From: an uncultured Nitrososphaerota archaeon
Lineage (GTDB): Archaea > Korarchaeota > Korarchaeia > Korarchaeales > Korarchaeaceae
Length of the DNA: 64,000 nucleotides
Direction of reading: 5' to 3'
Assembly: GCA_964594835.1 (NCBI GenBank)
Contig: CAZQNA010000003.1
Span: 1 to 64,000, forward strand
In this document: positions 7,979 through 17,671 of the stretch, piece after piece
How positions within the stretch are numbered: position 1 is the stretch's first letter
How the letters are laid out: every line of letters begins with the position of its first letter
Translations under genes and position numbers: made by a program
The notes under the pieces: generated by a model
What the model saw: only the letters and a program-made list of their open reading frames with translations
The model's database searches: none
What the model was told of the DNA's origin: nothing

Positions 7979-8995
7979 TTGGAGGCGGTGGCTCCCGTGT
8001 CCGGAAAGGCCCGTAGGGAACTCCTGGAGCTGATCACCAGGCTGTCCGGCGCCAGGCGAGGGGAGGTCGAGGTCCCCCCGAACCCGCTGCTCGACGCCGG
8101 CGTCGTGGCGGGTTCGAGGTCTAGGTACGTCTGGGCAACCGACCCAGCCCTGGGAGTTCCCAGGGAGCACCTGGGGATACTCGCCTTTCACTTCACGGCC
8201 TCGGACGTGGCCGTCCTGGGGGGGAGGCCAGAGTACGTAGCCGTTGACCTCCTGCTCCCGCCGGACTCCCCGAGAGAGGAGCCTGTGGAGATCATGAGGC
8301 AGATCCACGACGAGGCCCGGAGGTACGGGGCCTCGATCGTGACCGGGCACACCGGCTGGTACCCGGGCGTGGGGGAGCCGATCGTGGTGACAACCATCGC
8401 CGGCAGGGCGGAGAGGGTGCTGCTACCGTCCAACGCCTCTCCCGGGGATCGAATACTCCTCGCCGGCGTCATAGGCGGGGAGCTCCTGTACTCCCTCGCG
8501 CACTTCAGGCCCGACCTCATCGCCGACTCCTACGGCGAGGAAGGTGTCAGGAGGTGGGGGGGCTACTTCAGGGACCTGTCCGTGGTTGACGCGGCCCTGC
8601 TGCTGTCTAGGAGGGGGCTCGCCCTCGCCATGAAGGACGGGGCCGAGGGCGGTCTCGTCAGGGCGCTCCTCGACCTGGCCGACTCGGCCGGGCTCGGGTT
8701 TCACGTCGAGGAGGACAGGCTCCCCATCCCACCTGAACTCCTGGCGCTGGCCGACGAGTTCGGGTTCGACCCGCTGGCGGCCTCCAGCTCGGGCCTGCTG
8801 GTGGCCGCCGTCAGCCCCGAGTGGGCCAGGGAGGCGGTCTGGCACATGGGCCTGCTCGGCATCCCAGCGGAGGTCGTGGGGACCTTCCACGAATCCCCGG
8901 GGGACAGGTGGATACTGGGCCCATCGGGCAGGAGGAGGTTCCCCAGAGAGGCCGAGGATCCCTACGCCTCAATGCTCGGGGGCCGCCAGCCTTAG
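7979..8995 (+). CDS. AIR-synthase-related (PurM/HypE/ThiL-like) protein
   Basis: DAGVV, ATDP, SDVAVLGGRP, IVTGHT, MKDGAEGGL, DPLAASSSGLL motifs. Confidence 0.8.
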   Translation: MEAVAPVSGKARRELLELITRLSGARRGEVEVPPNPLLDAGVVAGSRSRYVWATDPALGVPREHLGILAFHFTASDVAVLGGRPEYVAVDLLLPPDSPREEPVEIMRQIHDEARRYGASIVTGHTGWYPGVGEPIVVTTIAGRAERVLLPSNASPGDRILLAGVIGGELLYSLAHFRPDLIADSYGEEGVRRWGGYFRDLSVVDAALLLSRRGLALAMKDGAEGGLVRALLDLADSAGLGFHVEEDRLPIPPELLALADEFGFDPLAASSSGLLVAAVSPEWAREAVWHMGLLGIPAEVVGTFHESPGDRWILGPSGRRRFPREAEDPYASMLGGRQP

Positions 8996-9087
8996 CTAGA
9001 TCCCGCGGGCTGGGGGCTAACGGGCGACGATTCTCGAGGAGGCTAACCCTCGACCACGGGTGTGTCCGTCATGCCGCGGCCCGGAAC

Positions 9088-9198
9088 TCACTCCAGGCCC
9101 AGCTCCCTCCTCCACCTCCTCCCGAGCAGGTAGAGGACCAGGTAGGTCACGAAGGCCGTGGCTATCACGAAGGCCGTGATGATCACCTTGACCCCCAT
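9088..9198 (-). CDS. Small single-TM protein (36 aa), not in the ORF track
   Basis: MGVKVIITAFVIATAFVTYLVLYLLGRRWRRELGLE*. Host-like codons, positive-inside tail, TTTTAA box at ~9230-9235 on the minus strand. Confidence 0.7.
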   Translation of the reverse strand: MGVKVIITAFVIATAFVTYLVLYLLGRRWRRELGLE

Positions 9199-9280
9199 CC
9201 GCGGCACCCTGGCCAGACCCCGCCGATCGTTAAAAATTGAAATCCTGTCGGCGGAGGGCCGCGCCGAGGGTCGATCGAGA

Positions 9281-10579
9281 ATGGCCCAGGGGTCTGAGAG
9301 CCAGCTCGCTCATAACGGGCATGGATCTCCTGACTCTCCTGGAATGAACAAGCGAGAGAGGATAGACAGGCTCTACGGCGAGTACTGGAGCCCTAGACTG
9401 GTGACCACCACCTACATGCTGGTCTACCTGACCGAGGGCGCGGTGAGGAGCCTCGGGATCTTCCTCCCCTTCTACCTGTCCGAGAAGTTCTCCCTGGGGC
9501 CCGTCGACATTAGCTTCTTCGTCGCCACGGCCTACATCGCCTGGCACTTCAAGTTCATCATAGGCCTGCTCATGGACCTGACGCCCTCCGTGAGGGGCTG
9601 GAGGCGCAGGATCTACCTGATGGCGGGGAACGTCATGAGGATGGGCGGGTTCTTCCTGCTGGCGAGAGCCTCCGACCCCTGGACCCAGGCCTTTCCAGCC
9701 GCCCTGATCATATTCTCGGGAGACGCCCTCCTGGACATCTCGGCTGACGCCCTCCTGCTGGACGTCACCCCGCCCGACTACCACGGGATGGGGTTCGGAT
9801 TCGGCTGGGGGGGCAGGGCCATCGGATACTCCTTCTCCGCCCTCTTCGTGACCTGGGCCGTCTCCAGGTTCGGGTGGGACGGGGCAATCTTGCTAATGAC
9901 CCTCTACACCCTGCCCGCCTTCGCCATGGCCGCCGTCAGAGAGCCCCCGCTGACCGAGGAGAGGAGGATAAACAGGAGGGTCCTCGCCCTCACCTTCACG
10001 GACCCCAGGCTGCTCGCCGCCGTGATCTTCGCCATATTCGGCGCATCGGTCTACTCCTTCGACCCCAACAGGGGAGTTTTCTCCCTGATAGTCAAGGAGC
10101 TCTCGGGGAGGAGCCTGAGGGGAGGGGGGCTGGCGTCCGTCGCCTTCGGACTGGCCGTGGCCGTCGGCTCGCCGCTCACCGGAATGCTCGCCGATCGGAT
10201 AGGCCACAAGAGGGCCTACTACTTCTCCCTGGCCGGGGCCGCCGCCTCCCTCGGGGGGATGGCCCTGCTGACACCGGAGAGGGTCTGGCTCATGTACCCG
10301 CTGTCGTTCTCGCTCGGGTTCTTTGAGGGGTTCAACTTCACCACGTGGGAGACGGTCTTGGGGGACCTCTGCCCGCCCGAGTTCCCGTCGTTCCTCTTCC
10401 AGTACTTCATGTCCATGCTGCACGTCTCCGCCTACCTAACGGCCGTGTTCGTGGGGTGGGGGATCGAGGCCCTCGGGCCCAGAATGACGGTCCTGCTGTC
10501 GGCCCTGTACATATCGGTGGGGTTCGTACCGGCGTACTTCGTCAGGCCACTGGCTACTGGAAAGGCGGAGAGGATATAG
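9281..10579 (+). CDS. MFS transporter (AmpG/BT1-like)
   Basis: About 12 TM helices, W.FKFIIGLLMD, GWRRRIYL, DISADA, GMLADRIGHK motif A. Start ATG 9281 or 9344. Confidence 0.85.
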   Translation: MAQGSESQLAHNGHGSPDSPGMNKRERIDRLYGEYWSPRLVTTTYMLVYLTEGAVRSLGIFLPFYLSEKFSLGPVDISFFVATAYIAWHFKFIIGLLMDLTPSVRGWRRRIYLMAGNVMRMGGFFLLARASDPWTQAFPAALIIFSGDALLDISADALLLDVTPPDYHGMGFGFGWGGRAIGYSFSALFVTWAVSRFGWDGAILLMTLYTLPAFAMAAVREPPLTEERRINRRVLALTFTDPRLLAAVIFAIFGASVYSFDPNRGVFSLIVKELSGRSLRGGGLASVAFGLAVAVGSPLTGMLADRIGHKRAYYFSLAGAAASLGGMALLTPERVWLMYPLSFSLGFFEGFNFTTWETVLGDLCPPEFPSFLFQYFMSMLHVSAYLTAVFVGWGIEALGPRMTVLLSALYISVGFVPAYFVRPLATGKAERI

Positions 10580-10663
10580 AAGCCCCTCTCTTACAACTGC
10601 GACTGAGATCGCACCTTTAGAGATCGGCTTATTTACTCTCACTCGGCGTCTCGGGCGGGGAGT

Positions 10664-11608
10664 ATGGGTAGGAAGGCGCTTTACGTCGTCGGATTTGTCC
10701 TCGCGTCGGCGGTAGTCGGCGCCGTGATGACCGGCCTAGCGGGGTTCTTCCCTGCGGGGAGGAGGATCGGCCCGGTGATCGACGCCGGAATCGCTCCAGG
10801 GGTCAAGGGAGTCGGTCGAGGTGTCCCAGAGCCCCTGGCGGTCGAGGGGGCCTATGGCGGTGCGGTCCCCATGGCCCCGCCCACGACCGCCTACCCGACC
10901 GAGTGGAAGGGCGGAGAGGAGCCAGGGGTTCCAACGGCCTACGCCGGTCGGTCGCTGATAGTCAGGGTCGAGCTCACCCTAGAGGTCCCCGAGGGTCAAG
11001 TGGGTCAGGCAGCCGCGGCCATTCAGGACATCGCAGCCTCCCTCGGCGGGTGGGTGGAGCACTCGATGGTCACCGACGAGTACGCCACCGTCACCGTGAA
11101 GGTGCCGGCCGGCAGCCTTGAGTCCGCGCTCTCTCAGATAAGGCGGGTGGGCACAGTGAAGAGCGAGAGCAGGAGCGCGACCGACGTGACCGATCAGCTC
11201 GTAGACCTCGACGCCCGGCTGAGGAACGCCAGGGCGGAGGAGCAGAGGCTTCTCCAGATCTTGGAGAGGGCCGAGACCGTCAGCGAGATACTCCAGGTCG
11301 AGGATCGCCTCTCGTACGTCAGGGAGAGGATCGAGAGGCTGGAAGCTCAGAAGAAGATGCTCGAGGAGCAGGTGGACTACGCCACGATCACGGTCTCCGT
11401 AACGATCCCGCAGGAGGAGCCGGAAGAGCCTATACTGCCTGGATTCAGCCTTAGAGATCTGGTGAGATCAGCCCTCAGGGCCCTCGTGCTGGCTGTGACG
11501 ATAATAGTGGTCGGAGCAGCCTTCCTAGCGCCCGTGGTGGCGGTCGGGTGGGCCATCCTGCTGGTCTACCGCCGGACTAGGCAGAGGCCGGGTGGTCAGG
11601 GGGCCTAG
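10664..11608 (+). CDS. DUF4349 domain membrane protein
   Basis: RSLIVRVEL, VKVPA, DVTDQLVDLDARL, IERLEAQ..LEEQVDYATITV, N- and C-terminal TM. Confidence 0.85.
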   Translation: MGRKALYVVGFVLASAVVGAVMTGLAGFFPAGRRIGPVIDAGIAPGVKGVGRGVPEPLAVEGAYGGAVPMAPPTTAYPTEWKGGEEPGVPTAYAGRSLIVRVELTLEVPEGQVGQAAAAIQDIAASLGGWVEHSMVTDEYATVTVKVPAGSLESALSQIRRVGTVKSESRSATDVTDQLVDLDARLRNARAEEQRLLQILERAETVSEILQVEDRLSYVRERIERLEAQKKMLEEQVDYATITVSVTIPQEEPEEPILPGFSLRDLVRSALRALVLAVTIIVVGAAFLAPVVAVGWAILLVYRRTRQRPGGQGA

Positions 11609-11672
11609 GCCGGGGGCGACGGTGGGGGGTGATCTCCCACCTCCTCCCGGCCCGGGCCGGGGCGGCCGTCGT

Positions 11673-13631
11673 CTACTGAACCCGCCTCGCATCCAGCTCT
11701 CTCCAGACGATCCTGTACAGGCGACTGAGGAGGGACGAGGCGGTCTCCTCGTCCACGCCCAGCATACCCAGGACCGCTAGGTCCAGCTGCCAACGCCCCT
11801 CCCGATCGAGCTGGTCCGGGAGGGCCGGTAGACTCCCTGAGCCGAGCCTCCCCAGAGACTCTGCGGCCCTCTCAACCCTCTCCCGGGAGAGGGAGGGGAT
11901 GTTGGGCGTAGGGATACTCCTGTAGTCGTCCAGCAAGAACCTCAGCCAGCTGGGGCCTATCTCCCGGCCCGCCACCAGGAGGTACGCCAGAAAGGGCGTG
12001 GAGTTGTACCAGGCCGCCAGGGCGGCCTCCCAGACCGGGTCGCCGCAGTCGATCAGGTAGAAGTTCTTGGTGGCCGAGACCTGCTCCGGGCAGAAGAGGG
12101 CCAGGCTCCCCCTCCGGTTGGGGTCGAGCTTGTCCAGCAGGAAGAGCCTCGCAAAGGGCCTCTTGGTCCTCACCTGCCTTGACACGTGGGCCCACCATGC
12201 AGGCCCGAAGGCCCTGATGGCTGGCCCTGCCGCCCCCGACTCCTCTCCCCACCTCACGTACCTCCTGACGTCCTCCGTGGACTCTGACAGGTCCTCCGGC
12301 AGCGCCAGGAGGAGGTGGGACGGGAAGGCCACAGCCGTCCACCTGTGCGACTCCGGCTTCCTGAAGGCCGGGATCAGGAGTTCTCTGGGGATCAGGATCT
12401 CTCCACAGGCCTCTCCGACGATCAGGGCCCCCTCCTCCCCCAGGCCCCTGAGGGACCAGTGCCTGTTGGGGATGAGGAAGAAGTCCGGCCCGTACATCTC
12501 GACCCCCCTCAGGGCCCTGCACGGCGGCCCCCTCCTCAGCGCCCCGCTCGAGAGCCCCTCGAGCAGCAGCGGCAGGAGCAGGTCCTTGATCGGGTGCCTC
12601 CTGACGGCCGCCAGGAAGCTCGGGAACGCCCTTGCCTCCTCCCCTATCCTCTCTACTGGGAGCGTTCTCCTCCCGACGAGCCTCTCGGCCCGCTCCAGGG
12701 CCTCCTCGGTCAGGCGGATGTGCTCGATCCCCCTGAGCCCCAGCCCCCTGGAGGCCAGGAGGACGACCTCCTTGAACCCGCTGTCCACGCTGGCGGAGTG
12801 CCAGGGCCCCTCGACCAGGGCGACGTGGTCGAACCTGTCCCTCAGCATCCTGACTATACCCCTACCGTAGAGGGTGTAGAAGGTGGAGGCGGGCAGGACG
12901 CTCGCCAGGACGCCCGCGTCCCTCAGCAGCCTCTCGGCGAGCCCGAGGGCGAAGGCCTGCAGGGAGGGCTGTCCCTTCAGGTCGTCCGGAACGCCGAGGT
13001 CCCTCAACGAGCTGAGGAGGAAGGTCCTGTACTCGCGCCCCAGAAGCTCCCACCTGGTGAAGGGCGGGTTCGTGAGGATCGCGTCCACCTCGGAGGACTC
13101 CGAGGACAGCGTTACGAAGCTGTCCCCGACCCTCACGTCCAGGGGGTCCTCGTCCCCCCTGAGGGCCGTTAGCGCAGTCGCGTAGCACGCCAAGGCCGCC
13201 TCCGGAACTATCTCAGAGGCTAGGATCTCCCTGGGCGTCACGCCCGACATCACGGCCTCCCAGATGGTCACGCCGGCGCCGGCGAACGGGTCAGAGATGT
13301 CCGGAGAGGGCCCGAGGATCCTCCTGGCCGCCCGGGCCATCATCCTGGCGACTGGCCTAACGGTGTAGTATGCGGCCAGCCTCTTCCTCGCGTCCCCGAG
13401 CTTGGGGGCCAGCGAGTCCTGGAGCTCCCTGGCCAGCCTCATGGCCCCGTGCCTCGAGAGGCCCCTTGCCCTCCTGACGGCCTCCTGGATCAATTCGGGG
13501 TCAAGGTCCTCCACGCTCATGCCAGAGAGGCCCTCGGGCTGGTCGAAGCCCTCGGCCGAGGTCACCCCCCTCCAGAAGGCGATCAGGGCCAGGGACTCGA
13601 CGGCCTCCCTCCTGAGGCCGGGCCTGATCAT
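11673..13631 (-). CDS. N6-adenine DNA methyltransferase (gamma class, N-6 DNA methylase/Eco57I-like) with TRD
   Basis: YYT motif X, DPFAGAG (motif I), NPPFTRW (motif IV), long C-terminal TRD. Start ATG 13631. Confidence 0.85.
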   Translation of the reverse strand: MIRPGLRREAVESLALIAFWRGVTSAEGFDQPEGLSGMSVEDLDPELIQEAVRRARGLSRHGAMRLARELQDSLAPKLGDARKRLAAYYTVRPVARMMARAARRILGPSPDISDPFAGAGVTIWEAVMSGVTPREILASEIVPEAALACYATALTALRGDEDPLDVRVGDSFVTLSSESSEVDAILTNPPFTRWELLGREYRTFLLSSLRDLGVPDDLKGQPSLQAFALGLAERLLRDAGVLASVLPASTFYTLYGRGIVRMLRDRFDHVALVEGPWHSASVDSGFKEVVLLASRGLGLRGIEHIRLTEEALERAERLVGRRTLPVERIGEEARAFPSFLAAVRRHPIKDLLLPLLLEGLSSGALRRGPPCRALRGVEMYGPDFFLIPNRHWSLRGLGEEGALIVGEACGEILIPRELLIPAFRKPESHRWTAVAFPSHLLLALPEDLSESTEDVRRYVRWGEESGAAGPAIRAFGPAWWAHVSRQVRTKRPFARLFLLDKLDPNRRGSLALFCPEQVSATKNFYLIDCGDPVWEAALAAWYNSTPFLAYLLVAGREIGPSWLRFLLDDYRSIPTPNIPSLSRERVERAAESLGRLGSGSLPALPDQLDREGRWQLDLAVLGMLGVDEETASSLLSRLYRIVWRELDARRVQ

Positions 13632-13714
13632 CACCGACCCTCTGGGCGCCCGGGCAAAATAAGGGTGTGGGGGGCAGGGCCGACCCGGCACCAAGATCTC
13701 CCGGGGTCATCAGG

Positions 13715-14611
13715 TCAGGCCAGCGCCCCCTGCAGGACGATCCCCAGGGTCGTCCCCAGAGGGGTGAGGAGGGTGGCCTGGACGTTGGCCGCCATGTATG
13801 GTACCAGCCTCTCAACCTCGTCTGCGTGCCTCAGCGCCCCTGACACGGCCTTGAGGGCGGGGACTGCGCCGATCAGCCCGAGAAGCGCCCCCTCGGGGAG
13901 AACTCCCGAGGCCGCCAGGGTCACCAGGCTGAGGAAGGCCAGCGCGTGGGTGGCCGCGAACACCTGGGCCGAGGACTTCCTCCCTATCATTATGGGGAGC
14001 GTCCTCCTACCGCCCCTCGCGTCCGCCTCGACGTCCGGGAATTCGTTGAGCAGGAGCAGGTTGGAGGTGAGCAGCCCCACGGGCACCCCGGCGAGGAGGC
14101 CGGCCAGGTCGATCCTCCCAGTCTGGACGTAGTAGGACCCGAGGACCATGAGCGGGCCGAAGTTCAGTCCCGTGAACAGCTCGCCGACCCCGAGCCTCGT
14201 CAGGAGGGGGGTGTAGAGGTAGGCCGTCGCCGCCCCCGCGAGCCCGAGGGCGAGGACCCAGGGGCCCACGGCCAGGGTGAGGTACGCCCCGACGGCAAGC
14301 CCGCCCGCCAGGAAGGCCACGCCGAGGGCGTACACCGACTTGGGCTCCAGCAGCCCCGCCGGCAGGACCCCGCTCCCCCCGGAGAAGGGGGTCCGCCTGG
14401 TGTGGAGGTCGACCCCGCTGACGTAGTCGAAGTAGTCGTTGAGCACGTTCACGGCGACGTGGAGCAGGAGGGCCCCCACGAGAGTGAAGGCGAAGAGGGC
14501 GGGGCTAAAGCTTCCCCTGTACCACGCCAGGGCGGCGCCTAGGGAGACCACGTCCGGCGTCAGGAGGAGAAAGGGCACCCTGACCTCAGTCAGCCATACC
14601 CTGACACCCAT
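13715..14611 (-). CDS. menA: UbiA-family prenyltransferase, MenA/UBIAD1-like
   Basis: VRVPFL, NVLNDYFD..SGVD, PFSGGSG, NEFPDVEAD..GRRTL. Confidence 0.8.
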   Translation of the reverse strand: MGVRVWLTEVRVPFLLLTPDVVSLGAALAWYRGSFSPALFAFTLVGALLLHVAVNVLNDYFDYVSGVDLHTRRTPFSGGSGVLPAGLLEPKSVYALGVAFLAGGLAVGAYLTLAVGPWVLALGLAGAATAYLYTPLLTRLGVGELFTGLNFGPLMVLGSYYVQTGRIDLAGLLAGVPVGLLTSNLLLLNEFPDVEADARGGRRTLPIMIGRKSSAQVFAATHALAFLSLVTLAASGVLPEGALLGLIGAVPALKAVSGALRHADEVERLVPYMAANVQATLLTPLGTTLGIVLQGALA

Positions 14612-14620
14612 CCGAGCTCC

Positions 14621-15034
14621 TCACCCCGTCTCTCGCGGGGCGAGGCGCGCCGTGCCTATAAGCTTCTGCATCCGCCGGCAGATCCCCTCTATGTTGTCCT
14701 TCTCTATCGAGTAGACCTTGAACCTCCCGGCCCTCTTCTCGCGGACCAGGCCGGCCATCTTGAGCTCGGAGAGGTGGTGGGAGATCAGAGACTGATCCTT
14801 TCCGAGGAGCTTGGATATGGCGCAGACCGGGAGGCTGGCCTGGCTGAGGAGAGAGAGGATCTCAAGCTTGGGCTCGGAGGATATGAGCTTAAAGAGCCTT
14901 GAGACCTCGTAGATCTCCTCCTTGGAGGGGAGGATGATCCTCTCAGGTATCCCCTCCTCGGCGCTCACGACCCCCAGGCAGTCTTCCCCAATCAGCTCCC
15001 GGATGTTGTCCGACCTGAGGACCGCTCTGGCCAT
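14621..15034 (-). CDS. ArsR/SmtB family transcriptional regulator
   Basis: LFKLISSEPKLEILSLL..LPVCAI..QSLISHHLSELK.AGLV HTH. Confidence 0.88.
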   Translation of the reverse strand: MARAVLRSDNIRELIGEDCLGVVSAEEGIPERIILPSKEEIYEVSRLFKLISSEPKLEILSLLSQASLPVCAISKLLGKDQSLISHHLSELKMAGLVREKRAGRFKVYSIEKDNIEGICRRMQKLIGTARLAPRETG

Positions 15035-15125
15035 CGAGGCTCCTTTGCTTTCCTCAGCTTGACAGATTTAAATGTTAGAATAATGAAAAAGTGTATGTCT
15101 GACTCAAGCTTGGCCTCCGCGCCGC

Positions 15126-15350
15126 TCACTCCGCGGGGACCTGGGTTATCACCACCGGACCCGGGAAGAAGCCCTTCGACCAGAGCCTGGCCAGCAGACC
15201 GTGGTAGTCCCTGGAGTGGCCCACGAGCCTCCCCCCGAGGACGGCGACGAACTCCCCGGGGTAGCTCCTCTTAAGGCTCTCCATGTTCCTGTTGACCCAC
15301 CGCCAGGATTCTGACAGCAGCCTGAGGTCCTTGGACGTCCGGAAGGCCAT
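15126..15350 (-). CDS. DUF5678-like small protein
   Basis: W...NMESLKRSYPGEFVAVLGGRLVGHSRD pattern. Start ATG 15350. Confidence 0.7.
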   Translation of the reverse strand: MAFRTSKDLRLLSESWRWVNRNMESLKRSYPGEFVAVLGGRLVGHSRDYHGLLARLWSKGFFPGPVVITQVPAE

Positions 15351-15515
15351 CCAAGTCTCTTCGGCGGGCGCCGGTTTTAACGGGTCGGGGTTGCTCGTAA
15401 TACGTGGGTATGATGGGCCCGCCGGCCGCCGGCGGGTCTCGCCCACCGATCGGCCTGAGCGGCGCGCGCCTCCGTTAAGCGCACCGTTAAATCTAACGCG
15501 CCCAGGCCCCCTCCG

Positions 15516-16880
15516 GTGGCATCACAGGGAGGCTCCCCGGGGCGGGTGGGCAGGCTGACCCCCTCGAGGTTGGCCCTGCTTCTGGCTCAGATCGCCCCTA
15601 TCGCCCTACTGATCTCGGCGGTGGCGGCCCGCCCGGACCTCTGGCCGGTCAGGCGGTCCCAGACGGCCGCGGAGGCCGCCTTCATGATAGTGATGTTCGG
15701 CGCCGTGAGCTGGGTCCCCCCCTTCTCGCTCCGGGAGGCTTGGATTATACTGAAGAGGCCGACGCTTGGGAGGGTCCGACTCTTGATGTCCATGGGCGCC
15801 GCGGATGTCGCCCTGGGCCTCTGGATCCTGGCGTTCGGAGAGTTCAGGGAGATCCCTCCGCCGGTCCTCGGACTCACCGCGCTATCCCTGTATGCGGGAA
15901 CCCTCCTCATCTCTCTCGAGGGGGTGGGCGCGTTGTCCAGGCTCTCCGAGGTGGAGTACTCCCCGTTTGAGCTGGGCGGGCTAAGCCGCCTGTGGTACAC
16001 CGTGGGGCTCGCGGCCACCATCCCACTGCTCGCCGCGGCGATCTCTATCCTGTCGGGGGGCGTCGGGGTGGTCCGAGACCCCAGGCTCTTCGTCGCCCTC
16101 GCCGGCCTCGCCCCCGGGCCGGCCCTCGTCCTCGCGTGGTGCCTCAGGGCGAGAAAGTCCCTCCCGCTCATGGCCGGGAGAGAGGGTGAGTGGCTCTGCG
16201 CAGCCGTGGCGACTCACCTTATCTCGATCGCCCTTTTCTCCGCCTCCTTCTCCCTGACGCCGAGGCTCCTGTGGCTGGCCGCGACCCTAGGCGTGGCCTC
16301 CGCCAGCTCCATGGCGTTCGACAGGGCCATAACCTACTGGTCGCTGAACTCCCTCTTCCAGCGAGTGACCATACCCGTGAGGCCCTCCAGGGAGAGCGTC
16401 GTCCTCCTGGAGGCGGAGCCGGCGGCCTACACCGGGAGGCTGCTTGCCGCGGTTCAGGACCTGATCGGCGAGTCCAGGGCGGTACTCCTGCTGACCAAGA
16501 GGGGCTCCCAGCTGGCCCGGCTCGTCCGGGGTCTGGAGGGCGCGGCCGTGGCCTACCTGACCTCTACCTCGCTAACTCACCCCAGCCCCCTCGACGAGGC
16601 CGGGCTCGAGTACGCGGTAGCCCCCTCGGTGTCCCAGCTGACCTCCCTTGTCAGCATGGTCTCCAAGAGGATGGGCGGTCCGCTAACCGTCGTGATAGAC
16701 TCCTTCAACGACCTCCTGAGCAGCCTGGGAATGGGGGAGGCCTACTCCCTCGTCAGAGTCTTGTCGGACCTGGTCCTGTCCCAGGGGGGCAGGGTGATAC
16801 TGATCTCCTTCCCTGCGGCTCTGGGGGCCAGGGAGGCGGCCGTCGCGAGGACCCTCGCCACGGAGATAGTCCTCGTGTGA
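15516..16880 (+). CDS. Multi-TM sensor-like protein with C-terminal DUF835 (degenerate KaiC-like) domain
   Basis: About 8 TM helices followed by VLLLTKRGS..VVIDSFNDLL..G..EAYSLVR.LSD. Confidence 0.7.
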   Translation: MASQGGSPGRVGRLTPSRLALLLAQIAPIALLISAVAARPDLWPVRRSQTAAEAAFMIVMFGAVSWVPPFSLREAWIILKRPTLGRVRLLMSMGAADVALGLWILAFGEFREIPPPVLGLTALSLYAGTLLISLEGVGALSRLSEVEYSPFELGGLSRLWYTVGLAATIPLLAAAISILSGGVGVVRDPRLFVALAGLAPGPALVLAWCLRARKSLPLMAGREGEWLCAAVATHLISIALFSASFSLTPRLLWLAATLGVASASSMAFDRAITYWSLNSLFQRVTIPVRPSRESVVLLEAEPAAYTGRLLAAVQDLIGESRAVLLLTKRGSQLARLVRGLEGAAVAYLTSTSLTHPSPLDEAGLEYAVAPSVSQLTSLVSMVSKRMGGPLTVVIDSFNDLLSSLGMGEAYSLVRVLSDLVLSQGGRVILISFPAALGAREAAVARTLATEIVLV

Positions 16881-16915
16881 TCAGATCAGGTCAGGTCAGA
16901 TCAGGTCAGGTCAGG
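16881..16915 (+). repeat. Pentanucleotide tandem repeat (TCAGR)7
   Basis: TCAGA TCAGG TCAGG TCAGA TCAGG TCAGG TCAGG, directly before GTTATAT. Confidence 0.9.
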
Positions 16916-16954
16916 GTTATATCGAGCTCGAAGTCGGCCGAGGGGGGCTCCGGC

Positions 16955-17647
16955 ATGATCGAGGTCACCGCCGACGCCTCCCGCCTGGGGGCCTACGTGG
17001 CCGCCGGCTCGGTGACGGGCGTTGAGGTGAGGGACGACTGGCCCGGCCTAGCCGACCTGATCTCCTCGGCCGAGGAGAGGCTGAGGTCCAGGCTCGACCT
17101 GTCCACGCTCAGGGACGACCCCACAGTCAGAGCGTTCAGGGACTTCTTCTGGAGGATCGGGATAGACCCCACGAAGGTCAGGCCCTCGGCGGAGGCGCTC
17201 GCGAGGCGGGTGCTGGCGGGCAGGGGGATGCCGAGGATAAACAACGTAGTGGACGCCGGTAATGTCGCCAGTCTCGAGCACCTCATACCCATAGGCCTCT
17301 ACGACGCCGACAGGGTCTCGCCGCCCCTGAGTCTCAGGCTCGCCGAGCGGGGCGAGAGGTTCACGCCCATCGGGGGGAGGGAGAGGGTCCTGAGGGGAGG
17401 AGAGCCCGTCCTGGCCGACTCCGCCGGCGTGATACACCTGTTCCCCCACAGGGACAGCCTGAGGACCATGATCAGGCCGGAGACCACTGAGGTCCTCGTC
17501 GTCGCCTGCGGAGTCCCGTCCGTGGATCCCTCCAAGGTCCTCGAGGCCGCGGGGCTCGCCGCCCGACTGGTGGCCGAGTACGCAGGAGGCAGGGTGGCTG
17601 GGGGTGTGAGTCTGTGCGGAGCACACGAGGGCGACTTAACGTTTTAA
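16955..17647 (+). CDS. Stand-alone B3/B4 domain protein (PheT-like tRNA editing/deacylase family)
   Basis: FRDFFWRIGIDPTKVRPSAEALARR, PRINNVVDAGN..S, PIGLYDAD. Start ATG 16955. Confidence 0.88.
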   Translation: MIEVTADASRLGAYVAAGSVTGVEVRDDWPGLADLISSAEERLRSRLDLSTLRDDPTVRAFRDFFWRIGIDPTKVRPSAEALARRVLAGRGMPRINNVVDAGNVASLEHLIPIGLYDADRVSPPLSLRLAERGERFTPIGGRERVLRGGEPVLADSAGVIHLFPHRDSLRTMIRPETTEVLVVACGVPSVDPSKVLEAAGLAARLVAEYAGGRVAGGVSLCGAHEGDLTF

Positions 17648-17671
17648 CCTTCCCCGCCCCGGGGCCCGGGG

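Noticed and set aside
15410-15458. Possible box C/D sRNA (ATGATGG...CTGA)
   Set aside because: The C box is imperfect, no D'/C' boxes are evident, and the interior is a self-hairpin rather than guide sequences.
16881-16915. CRISPR array
   Set aside because: 5-bp units without spacers; no repeat-spacer array or cas genes were seen in the window.
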